IMG/VR virus record: IMGVR_UViG_3300049166_000020
Location: 1 to 30,167 of that record
Direction: 5' to 3' (one strand)
Length of the DNA stretch: 30,167 nucleotides
From: a virus
Taxonomy: Duplodnaviria > Caudoviricetes
Part shown: piece after piece, positions 1-7,127 of the stretch
How positions within the stretch are numbered: the first letter of the stretch is position 1
How the letters are laid out: each line of letters starts with the position of its first letter
Notes under the pieces: model-generated
What the model saw: only the letters and a program-made list of their open reading frames with translations
Told to the model about the DNA's origin: nothing
The model's database searches: none
Position numbers and translations under genes: made by a program

Positions 1-1
1 G

Positions 2-244
2 ACCCCACCCGCCCGCGTCTCTCGCCGGTGGGAAGCCCCGACGGGGCCGACGTGCCCGTCCCTGATGCCGGACCGGCACGTGATCCGCCCCTACTACCTC
101 GAGTGGGAACGGCAGCAGGCCCAGCAGCGGGCCGACCGCAGCCGCCTCGGGATCGGGGTCCTCACCGACATCGCCTCCACCCAGCTCCACACCGAGCTGA
201 CCAACCTCGTCCGCGCCTGGCACACGCAGGGGGTGCGAGCATGA
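2..244 (+). CDS. Hypothetical protein, probably 5'-truncated (...MPDRHVIRPYYLEWERQQ...GVRA)
   Basis: Frame open from base 2, in-frame ATG at 65, GC-rich third positions; TGA stop overlaps the next ATG (ATGA 241-244). Not in the ORF track. Confidence 0.6.
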   Translation, partial: TPPARVSRRWEAPTGPTCPSLMPDRHVIRPYYLEWERQQAQQRADRSRLGIGVLTDIASTQLHTELTNLVRAWHTQGVRA

Positions 245-501
245 GCACCGCCACCGTCGCCACCCGCGTCACCGTCAAGGCCGTGTCGATCAGCCAGCCG
301 GACGCCTCCGACGTCCGGGTCGTGTGGGCCAAGGACGCCCCCGGGCTGACGCCCGGCGCCGCCCTGGTCGCCCTCGCCCCGGGCGTGACCCTGCACCTGC
401 AGACCGAGCTGGACACCCTGGACGCGCCGTACCTGGACACGCTCATCACCGCGCTGATCAGCGTCCGCGAGCGGATGCCCGAGGCGGTGAGCTACCGGTG
501 A
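241..501 (+). CDS. Small hypothetical protein (MSTATVATRV...)
   Basis: Start reassigned to ATG 241 from the ATGA coupling and GGGGG upstream; stop overlaps GTG 498. Confidence 0.65.
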   Translation: MSTATVATRVTVKAVSISQPDASDVRVVWAKDAPGLTPGAALVALAPGVTLHLQTELDTLDAPYLDTLITALISVRERMPEAVSYR

Positions 502-641
502 ACGCCTCCGCGCGGCGTCGCCGCAGCAACCGGTGCCGCCCGTTCCTCGTGACCCTGCCGCCCGCGTGGGTGAGCGTCGCGACCGGGGCCGTCCCGATCG
601 TGCGCAGCATCCACCTCGCCCTGTCGGCGGTGACGCGATGA
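498..641 (+). CDS. Small hypothetical protein, 47 aa
   Basis: GTGA overlap at the start and ATGA overlap at the end, part of a translationally coupled chain. Confidence 0.5.
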   Translation: MNASARRRRSNRCRPFLVTLPPAWVSVATGAVPIVRSIHLALSAVTR

Positions 642-883
642 CGGCCACGACCGCAGTCACGATCACCGACCTGACGGCCTCCGACATCCGCCTGGTGCAC
701 GAGGCGGCCGGGGCCGGGCCGGTCAACTCGTTGGCCATCGCCGGGTGCTACATCGACCTCACCCCGGAATGGATGCGCCCCCACCAGCGCGCCGAGCGCA
801 TCGCCGCGCTCGAGACCCTGGCACGGGCCGCGTTCGCAGCTGCCGAGGCACTGCGCAAGGCGGACGAGGAGATGCGGCGATGA
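638..883 (+). CDS. Small hypothetical protein (MTATTAVTITDL...)
   Basis: ATGA overlaps at both ends; high-GC codon usage. Confidence 0.65.
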   Translation: MTATTAVTITDLTASDIRLVHEAAGAGPVNSLAIAGCYIDLTPEWMRPHQRAERIAALETLARAAFAAAEALRKADEEMRR

Positions 884-1116
884 AGACCGTGAAGACCGTC
901 CTCGAGCTGCACGAGCTGGAGAGCCTGGCCGACCTGCGTACGTGGGCGCGCGCCCACGGAGCCCAGGTCCGGTACATGGGGACCACCGGGGACCACGAGG
1001 AGATGTTCGGGGCGCGCCGAGGGGCGCAGCTCCGTGTCTGCCGGGCCCCCTACGACCCCTCCCGGGTGCACCCCGTGATCTGGCGGTCCCCGCTCGAGAC
1101 GCTGCCCGCCCCGTGA
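880..1116 (+). CDS. Small hypothetical protein (MKTVKTVLELHELES...)
   Basis: GAGGAG RBS upstream and ATGA overlap. Confidence 0.7.
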   Translation: MKTVKTVLELHELESLADLRTWARAHGAQVRYMGTTGDHEEMFGARRGAQLRVCRAPYDPSRVHPVIWRSPLETLPAP

Positions 1117-1121
1117 AGACC

Positions 1122-1160
1122 GGCCGTGCACCGGCCCGTCCGACCCGCCGGTGCACGGCC
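1122..1160. terminator. Intergenic stem-loop with a perfect 14-bp stem
   Basis: GGCCGTGCACCGGC-N11-GCCGGTGCACGGCC. Confidence 0.55.
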
Positions 1161-1176
1161 CTCCCCCAAGGAACCC

Positions 1177-1686
1177 ATGAACACCAACAGCACTCGCAAG
1201 CGTCTGTTCTCCGCGAACCAGGTCGCCGCGATTTTCCAGGTCGATCCCGCGTCCGTCGCCCGGTGGGCCAAGAGTGGCAAGCTCCCCTTCTTCCGGACGC
1301 CCTCAGGGCATTACCGCTTCCGTGAGGAGGACGTCCGGGCCCACGTCGACGATGCGGCCTTGGTGGACCACGTCATCTGTCCGCCCTGGTGCAGCTTCGA
1401 CCATGAGGCGTACGGCTTAGACATGCGCCATCTGCGTCTGGTTCACGGCGAGGACGGTGAACCGGTCGCCGTCCTCGTCGAGCGTGTCGACTCCGAGGAG
1501 GGCCCTCTTAGAGCCTCCCTTGTGGGGGTGGTGGCAACTGCCTCAGAGACGGAGCTGAAGCTGACGCCCCAGCAGGCGCGCGCCCTGGCCCAGCTGATCA
1601 CCGTCACTCATGACCTCACGGACGTGGCAGCGGCGCTGGCTCGGGCCGCCGACCTGATCGAGGGTGCCTCACAGGCTCCCTCCTGA
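1177..1686 (+). CDS. BldC/MerR-like (Xis-like) HTH fused to a CPPWC (DUF6907-like) domain
   Basis: AAGGA RBS. N-terminal LFSANQVAAIFQVDPASVARWAKSGKLPFFRTPSGHYRFREEDV fits the BldC pattern; C-terminal CPPWC..DH...H.R.V...LTPQQARALA. Confidence 0.8.
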   Translation: MNTNSTRKRLFSANQVAAIFQVDPASVARWAKSGKLPFFRTPSGHYRFREEDVRAHVDDAALVDHVICPPWCSFDHEAYGLDMRHLRLVHGEDGEPVAVLVERVDSEEGPLRASLVGVVATASETELKLTPQQARALAQLITVTHDLTDVAAALARAADLIEGASQAPS

Positions 1687-1694
1687 CCCACACT

Positions 1695-1738
1695 CCCGTG
1701 CGCCCCGCACCTATCCCCTTGCGTGCGGGGCGCGCGGG
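1695..1738. terminator. Intergenic stem-loop
   Basis: CCCGTGCGCCCCGCAC-N12-GTGCGGGGCGCGCGGG, 16 bp with one G-U pair. Confidence 0.55.
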
Positions 1739-1783
1739 CCCTTCAGCCACACCTTCACTCGCACACCCGACGACGGAAGCCTC

Positions 1784-2089
1784 ATGCCCGACCTATGCCC
1801 CCCGTGGTGCCGACACGACCACCACCCCGCTGAGCCCACCCTGCGCCACGTCCGAGAGGTCGCCACCCACAGCGGGGTGAGCGTCAGCCTGCTCCGCGAC
1901 GACCCCTGGGTCGGCCCCCCGGCGGACCCGCAGATCGTCATCGCCGCGACCGTCGGGCCGAAGACCGTCCAGCTCACCCTCGACGCCGTCCAGGCCCGGC
2001 AGCTCTCCGCGCTGCTGATCATCTCCGGCGCCGACCGGGCGCTCGCGATGGCGGTCCTCGACGCAGCCGACCTGCTCGACGCTCCCTGA
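1784..2089 (+). CDS. Stand-alone CPPWC (DUF6907-like) domain protein
   Basis: MPDLCPPWCRHDH...RHVREV...LTLDAVQARQLSALL...DAADLL is paralogous to the C-terminal half of 1177-1686. Confidence 0.75.
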   Translation: MPDLCPPWCRHDHHPAEPTLRHVREVATHSGVSVSLLRDDPWVGPPADPQIVIAATVGPKTVQLTLDAVQARQLSALLIISGADRALAMAVLDAADLLDAP

Positions 2090-2092
2090 TCC

Positions 2093-2127
2093 CCCGCGCG
2101 CCCGGTGCCGTGTCCCGGGCGCGCGGG
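2093..2127. terminator. Intergenic stem-loop with a perfect 13-bp stem
   Basis: CCCGCGCGCCCGG-N9-CCGGGCGCGCGGG. Confidence 0.5.
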
Positions 2128-2166
2128 CACCACCTCGCCCTGGCCCCCACCGTGACGGAGACCCAA

Positions 2167-2487
2167 TTGAACTCCACCCCTACCCTCATGGACACCGCCG
2201 AGGACCTCCTCACCCCCGGCGAGGTCGCCCGCCTGTTCCGCGTGGACCCCAAGACCGTCGCCCGCTGGGAGAAGGACGGCCGCCTGTCCTCGGTCAAGAC
2301 CCTGGGCGGACACCGCCGCTACCCCAGGTCGCAGATCACCCACGTCCTGCACGCGGGGACGGGCAGCGGCGAGGTCGTCCGCGCCCTGGAGCAGGTCCAC
2401 GCCCTCGCACTGGAGGTCGGGGCGGTGGGCGACGCCGGACACATCGCAGCCCTCATCACCACCCTGCGGACCGGAGAACGCTCATGA
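2167..2487 (+). CDS. BldC-family transcriptional regulator with a C-terminal helical extension
   Basis: LLTPGEVARLFRVDPKTVARWEKDGRLSSVKTLGGHRRY closely matches the recalled Streptomyces BldC core (LLTPAEVATMFRVDPKTVTRWAKAGKLTSIRTLGGHRRY). Start is TTG 2167 (GGAG upstream) or ATG 2188. Confidence 0.85.
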   Translation: MNSTPTLMDTAEDLLTPGEVARLFRVDPKTVARWEKDGRLSSVKTLGGHRRYPRSQITHVLHAGTGSGEVVRALEQVHALALEVGAVGDAGHIAALITTLRTGERS

Positions 2488-2831
2488 CCCGACAAAAGCT
2501 GACCCAAACCACCGACCTGACCTGGTGCATCGAGGACGCCCTGGTGCACCGGCAGCCCGCCATCAGCTTCCGTCGGCCGTGGGAGAAGGAGAGGCACTTC
2601 CTGCGCGTCCTGGACGCCGACCAGGTCCGCGCGGACCTCGAAGCTCTGGAGGCGATCGAACGGGATCTCCGACCGGACTGGTACGTGGGCTTCCTCATCC
2701 GCACCGACCTGGTGTCCCGCCTGGATGGGATGTGGGCCCAGCACCCCATGGCGAGCCTGGTGGTCCATGCTGACCGGCCGGACAAGCTGGCGAAGCGTAT
2801 CCGGACCGCCCGTGACCAACTCGGCCTGTAA
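2484..2831 (+). CDS. Hypothetical protein
   Basis: ATGA overlap with the BldC-like gene; protein-like composition. Confidence 0.75.
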   Translation: MTRQKLTQTTDLTWCIEDALVHRQPAISFRRPWEKERHFLRVLDADQVRADLEALEAIERDLRPDWYVGFLIRTDLVSRLDGMWAQHPMASLVVHADRPDKLAKRIRTARDQLGL

Positions 2832-2866
2832 GAGGCCAGTGCCGCACCACATCAGAGAGGAACAGC

Positions 2867-3019
2867 ATGGGAGATCCAGACGCCGAGCGAATCGCCACCT
2901 CGTTCAGGGAAGTCATCGAGCAAGGGATCGCAGCGGACCAGATCAGGAAGATCCAAGCGAAGATCGACGCGAACAAAGCTCAGACCGAGGATGAGAAGAA
3001 GGTGAAGAAGGACAAGTAG
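2867..3019 (+). CDS. Small charged helical protein, 50 aa (MGDPDAERIATSFREVIEQG...KKDK)
   Basis: GAGAGG RBS, ATG 2867, TAG ending at 3019 just before the terminator. Below the ORF track cutoff. Confidence 0.6.
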   Translation: MGDPDAERIATSFREVIEQGIAADQIRKIQAKIDANKAQTEDEKKVKKDK

Positions 3020-3034
3020 CCCCGGACACACGAA

Positions 3035-3067
3035 AAGCGCCCGCCTCCTTAACGGAGGCGGGCGCTT
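3035..3067. terminator. Bidirectional terminator between convergent operons
   Basis: AAGCGCCCGCCTCC-TTAAC-GGAGGCGGGCGCTT, with an A-run on the left (U-tail on the minus strand). Confidence 0.8.
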
Positions 3068-3109
3068 GCGTCCGCCCTGATGGGCGACGCGACCCTACAG
3101 CGTGCTGCG

Positions 3110-4303
3110 TCAGACCTTGCCCGAGTTCACCGCCTTCTGCAGCTCACGCGTCGTCTGGGAGACCACCCCCGAGTTGAAGGTGATGACACCCGCCTTGGAC
3201 ACGGACCGGATGGACGGCCAGACGCCGTCCACCGAGCCGCCGGTGAGACCGCACCGGCGCTGCACAGCGCGGGTGGTCTGCGGCCCCAGGAGGCCGTCGA
3301 CAGCCGATCCGGTCAGCCCGCACCTGCGCTGCAGCGCCCGGACGGTGATCTTCCCCCACACCCCGTCGGCCTTCACGCCCAGGGAGCGCTGGACCGCCTT
3401 CGCAGTCAGCTCGCCCAGGCGCCCGTCGACGACGAGCCGGTCCGGGGACGGCTTCGACGGCGGCTTGGCCGAGGACAGGGCACGCCGGAGCTCGGCCGCG
3501 GACTCGGTGCCGTACACGCCGTCGAGGCTGACGCCCCGGGCCCGCTGCAGAGCGCGGACCGCCTCCTCGGTTTCAGCGCCGAAGCCGCCGTCAGCTCCGT
3601 GCTTCGGGAGCAGGGACGGCCGCCACTTGAGCAGGGCCTGCTGCAGGCGCAGGACCGGGGTGCCGGTCATCCCCCGCAGCAACCACGGGTTGCCGGTCGG
3701 GACCTGGACCCCGGCCACGGACCAGTAGGAGAACGTCGGCGCCGGGGCCGGCGTGCTTCCGCCGCCCCCGGTGGAGCCCCCGCCCCAGTTCCCGGAGCGG
3801 ACCCGCCCGTACAGCGGGGTGCCGGGACAGGACGTCGAGATCCAGTCGCGGTGCCCGGTCACCGAGGCGCGGACGCCGCGCGCGGCGAGCCAGGCCCCCA
3901 GGGCGACGAACGCTGCGAGCTGCTTCGCCGATGGCTTCTGGCTTCCGCCGAGGATGAACTGCACGCCGATGTGGGTGCCGTTCGCTCCGGGGGCGTGGGC
4001 ACCCACCCGGTTGAGGCCGCGGCCGGTGAGGACGATGCCGTGCCAGCAGATCAGGTAGTGGTAGCCGATCCCGGCCCACCCCTGGGCGCGGTGCCCGGCG
4101 TGCATCTGCCGCACCTGGGCGCGGCAGTTGGCGTGCGACCCCCAGGTGAGGGGACCGCCGTTGTAGTGGACGACCCGGCCCGAGCGCGGGCGGCCGGACG
4201 TGCCGATCACCGACGGGATGCCGACGGTGGGCGCTGACTCGACGACCAGGCCCATGACGAGGGGCAGGGTCGTGAGCACGGCGAGGAGCTGCATCACGTC
4301 CAT
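3110..4303 (-). CDS. Endolysin: N-acetylmuramoyl-L-alanine amidase (Amidase_2/PGRP-like) with peptidoglycan-binding repeats
   Basis: VVHY, GIGYHYLI, GAHA, GHRD...TSCPG zinc-amidase motifs; repeated DGxxGxxTxxAxQ PG-binding units; last gene of the late operon. Confidence 0.92.
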   Translation of the reverse strand: MDVMQLLAVLTTLPLVMGLVVESAPTVGIPSVIGTSGRPRSGRVVHYNGGPLTWGSHANCRAQVRQMHAGHRAQGWAGIGYHYLICWHGIVLTGRGLNRVGAHAPGANGTHIGVQFILGGSQKPSAKQLAAFVALGAWLAARGVRASVTGHRDWISTSCPGTPLYGRVRSGNWGGGSTGGGGSTPAPAPTFSYWSVAGVQVPTGNPWLLRGMTGTPVLRLQQALLKWRPSLLPKHGADGGFGAETEEAVRALQRARGVSLDGVYGTESAAELRRALSSAKPPSKPSPDRLVVDGRLGELTAKAVQRSLGVKADGVWGKITVRALQRRCGLTGSAVDGLLGPQTTRAVQRRCGLTGGSVDGVWPSIRSVSKAGVITFNSGVVSQTTRELQKAVNSGKV

Positions 4304-4306
4304 GGT

Positions 4307-4642
4307 TCAGCCCTCGCGGGTGGTGCCCTCGTCGGGCGGTGTGGTCAGGCGGGGGTCGAACTCGACGTGATCCTCCGGTGTGGGGTACGCCTCCTGCGCG
4401 GCGAACAGGTCCTCCACGCTCTCCGGGGCCCACACCTGCAGGCGCGTCAGGACGCCGCCCGCGAGGATCAGCATGGACTCCACGTAGTGCTCGGTGAGGA
4501 TGTCCTCGAGCGGCATCCCGTTGGCGAGCCGCCACCCGGTGAGGACGACCACGAGGCCCACGGCGACGTAGACGGCCGGGTTGCGGCGGTAGCGCAGCAG
4601 GTGGCGGAATCGGCCGTACAGGCCCATCAGGAAATCGGTCAT
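4307..4642 (-). CDS. Putative holin
   Basis: Small, two hydrophobic segments, acidic tail, AGGAGG RBS, directly upstream of the lysin. Confidence 0.65.
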   Translation of the reverse strand: MTDFLMGLYGRFRHLLRYRRNPAVYVAVGLVVVLTGWRLANGMPLEDILTEHYVESMLILAGGVLTRLQVWAPESVEDLFAAQEAYPTPEDHVEFDPRLTTPPDEGTTREG

Positions 4643-4665
4643 GGTGCCCTCCTGGGCATGACGAA

Positions 4666-4687
4666 GGCCCCGCTCTCAGGCGGGGCC
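4666..4687 (-). terminator. Short hairpin, possible attenuator upstream of holin-lysin
   Basis: GGCCCCGC-N6-GCGGGGCC followed by TTCGT on the minus strand. Confidence 0.45.
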
Positions 4688-4699
4688 GGGCGGGGTGGA

Positions 4700-5023
4700 T
4701 CAGGGCCGGTGTCGGCCCCTGGAAGTAGGTGTGTCGTGCGCCCTGTCTCGGCAGCGCACCCGGCGGTGGACGGCCCACGCCACGGCGATGGTGAGCGCCC
4801 CGGCGGTGTACACGGTCAGGCGCACCAGCTCGTGTCCCGGGTAGTCGCCCGCGACGAGACGGACGGCGACGAGGGTGAGGATCGCGGTGAGGACCACCAG
4901 CCCGGAGACGAACAGTCGGCCTCCGCCGGACCGGTGCCAGGGGGTGCCGGTGAGGTAGTCGATCAAGAACCCCCAGGTGAGCACTCCGGCGGCGATGGCC
5001 ACCCAGTTGCCCAGCTCATACAT
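4700..5023 (-). CDS. Three-TM membrane protein, putative holin-like
   Basis: Three hydrophobic stretches and a PW..S..GR motif typical of actinophage lysis-cassette membrane proteins. Confidence 0.7.
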   Translation of the reverse strand: MYELGNWVAIAAGVLTWGFLIDYLTGTPWHRSGGGRLFVSGLVVLTAILTLVAVRLVAGDYPGHELVRLTVYTAGALTIAVAWAVHRRVRCRDRAHDTPTSRGRHRP

Positions 5024-5255
5024 CGCCGCGCCCTCCTTCGAGGATGTTCATGAACAGGTCGCCGAAGTGGTTGCGTTCCTTGTGCTCGCGGTGCCGTGCG
5101 GCGACGTCGCGCACCTCCGGGTCGCGGGCGTGCGCCTCCGCCAGCGACGCCTCGGTGGCGGCACGCATCCGCTGCAGCTCGGTGTCGGTGACGGGCGGGT
5201 CCGGGGTGCGGTAGCGGTAGCGGTAGCACAGGCGGCGTAGGCGCTTCCACTTCAT
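5016..5255 (-). CDS. Small lysis-cassette protein (RNHF motif)
   Basis: Overlaps both neighbours; C-terminal ERNHFG motif recalled from actinophage lysis cassettes. Confidence 0.65.
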   Translation of the reverse strand: MKWKRLRRLCYRYRYRTPDPPVTDTELQRMRAATEASLAEAHARDPEVRDVAARHREHKERNHFGDLFMNILEGGRGDV

Positions 5256-5569
5256 CGGTCATCGCCCTCCTCGGGCGGAGGGGCAGGGGCCGCCGCGTCG
5301 CGCAGAGCGTCCATGGCGGTGGCGCTGGTCCGAGCCGCCTCGGTCAACGTTGCCGACTGCTGGGCGAGCAGGTCGCCGCGTGCCCTCTCCGCGAGGTACA
5401 GCTCCTTCATCTGCTGGAGCTGGGCGTCCCGGGACGCCACGATCCGGTCGTGCGTCGCGGAGGGCATGAGCCGCCCTGTGGCCAGGGCGAAGACGCCGTA
5501 CGCCACCACGGAGCTGAGCACGCCGAGAAGGCCGACGTCAGCGAAGGGCACGAAGGCTGTGGGGTCCAC
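5252..5569 (-). CDS. Membrane-anchored coiled-coil protein of the lysis cassette
   Basis: N-terminal TM, GRLMP motif, then a helical segment; GAGG RBS. Confidence 0.7.
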   Translation of the reverse strand: MDPTAFVPFADVGLLGVLSSVVAYGVFALATGRLMPSATHDRIVASRDAQLQQMKELYLAERARGDLLAQQSATLTEAARTSATAMDALRDAAAPAPPPEEGDDR

Positions 5570-5572
5570 GCT

Positions 5573-7117
5573 TCACCTCGGGGCGAGCAGGGCGGCGAGC
5601 TGGTCGGCCACGTAGGACAGGCCCGTGTCGGACAGGTGGACGGCGTCGGCGTACAGGCCCCAGGACGGGCTCGCACCCTGGTCGGGGAAGCGGGGCCCGA
5701 CGGTGAGGTCGACGACGGACACCATGGGGTCGGTGCGGGCGATGGCGTGCGCCTCGACGGTGTACGCCGACCAGGCATGGGCGAAGGGTCCGTCTCCGCG
5801 CGCGGCGTGCATCGCCAGGAGGATGGGCGGGTACGGGATCGGCGCGACGGTCGCTGCGCGCAGCGCGCCGATCAGCGCGGACAGGTTCGAGCGGAACACC
5901 GACGGCTCGGTGCCTGCCCACTGGTCGTTCGCGCCGAGCATGATGACGACCAGGTCCGGGGACAGTGCGCCGATCGCGGACGGCCACCGGGCCGGGGCGG
6001 TAGTACCCCCCACCCACGTGGTGGAGGACCACCCGAAGTGCGCGCACTCGTGCACGACGAGCCCGGCGTCCTCGTCGCCGTCGTACTCGACCACCCCGGC
6101 GATGATCTGCTTGAAGGTCGCGTCGACCGCTTCGATGTGCAGCTCGTGGGGGCCGGACGCCCCGAGGTTCACACGGGTGAGCATCCCGTCCTGGGTGGCG
6201 CCGCCCGTACTGACGGTCGTCCACGAGCCGCCGTCGACCCTGTACCGGAAGCTCCCGGAGAACTCCGAGCGCCCCCACATGATGTCGGCGGCCGTGCCCT
6301 GCAGGGCGTAGGTGAGGGTGTCGGCCGGGGCCGCCCCGTCGAGGAACACCGCGTACCGCTTGGGCCCCCACCCGCTGTCCAAGTCCGGGCCCCCGGTGAC
6401 GGAGGTCGGCCACGCGTAGGAGAGGGTGCCGGTCGACGCCGCACCGATGAAGCCGCGGCCTCCGCCGACCACGCCGTCGGTCGGGAATCGGTGCCGCAGC
6501 AGCGCCCGCAGACGGGCGGGCCAGGTGCTGGAGAACGCCGTCGCGCCCTGGCCTTCGGTGATGGAGTCACCCAGGGCCACGATGGTGGCGCGCGCGTAGT
6601 GGCGGCCCGCGAGGGCGGCGTGCCACCCCATGAGTCCGGAGGTGGTGCCGTCCGACCGCCAGGACGAGGTGGTCGTGTCGTAGGTGAGGACTCCGCCGCC
6701 CTTGACGTCGGCGGTCGTCGGGTTCGCTGCGGTGTCCGCCAAGGTCGCGATGCCGGTCCCGTGAGGGTTGAGCGCGGCGGCGTGCCCGGACACCTGAGCC
6801 TCGACCACAGTCAGGTCCTCGCCGACGTCGACGGCGACCGCGCGCCGCCGCGGACCCGCCCCGCCGTTTGCGTCCAGGTACACCGACCGGACCCCGTCGG
6901 GGCCCAGGAACTCGGGCAGCGCGCCGACGGCGTCCGCGACCAGCTCTCCGCCCGCGATGACGGTGGTGCCGTCCAGGTCGACGAGGTCGGCGTACTGGGT
7001 GCCGCCGCTCGCAGCGTTCCAGCAGGTGACCGGTGTCCCGGGCTGCAGGGTGGCGGCGTTCGTCTCGCCCAGGGTGATGACGTAGTCGGCGATGCCGCCG
7101 AACCGGTGCCTGGCCAT
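5573..7117 (-). CDS. Tail-associated SGNH/GDSL hydrolase (candidate receptor-binding or deacetylase protein)
   Basis: Start at ATG 7117 (GAAAGG RBS). ALGDSITEG, LGAND and DAVH catalytic blocks; N-terminal virion-anchor-like region; follows the minor tail genes. Confidence 0.85.
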   Translation of the reverse strand: MARHRFGGIADYVITLGETNAATLQPGTPVTCWNAASGGTQYADLVDLDGTTVIAGGELVADAVGALPEFLGPDGVRSVYLDANGGAGPRRRAVAVDVGEDLTVVEAQVSGHAAALNPHGTGIATLADTAANPTTADVKGGGVLTYDTTTSSWRSDGTTSGLMGWHAALAGRHYARATIVALGDSITEGQGATAFSSTWPARLRALLRHRFPTDGVVGGGRGFIGAASTGTLSYAWPTSVTGGPDLDSGWGPKRYAVFLDGAAPADTLTYALQGTAADIMWGRSEFSGSFRYRVDGGSWTTVSTGGATQDGMLTRVNLGASGPHELHIEAVDATFKQIIAGVVEYDGDEDAGLVVHECAHFGWSSTTWVGGTTAPARWPSAIGALSPDLVVIMLGANDQWAGTEPSVFRSNLSALIGALRAATVAPIPYPPILLAMHAARGDGPFAHAWSAYTVEAHAIARTDPMVSVVDLTVGPRFPDQGASPSWGLYADAVHLSDTGLSYVADQLAALLAPR

Positions 7118-7127
7118 CAGCGTCCTT

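Noticed and set aside
2167-2487. Calling this the host chromosomal bldC
   Set aside because: Has a non-BldC C-terminal extension, a second paralog nearby and a mobile-element context, so no gene symbol was assigned.
5207-5227. (GCGGTA)x3 tandem repeat as a phase-variation tract
   Set aside because: Six-base unit keeps the frame (YRYRYR) and is too short to be meaningful.
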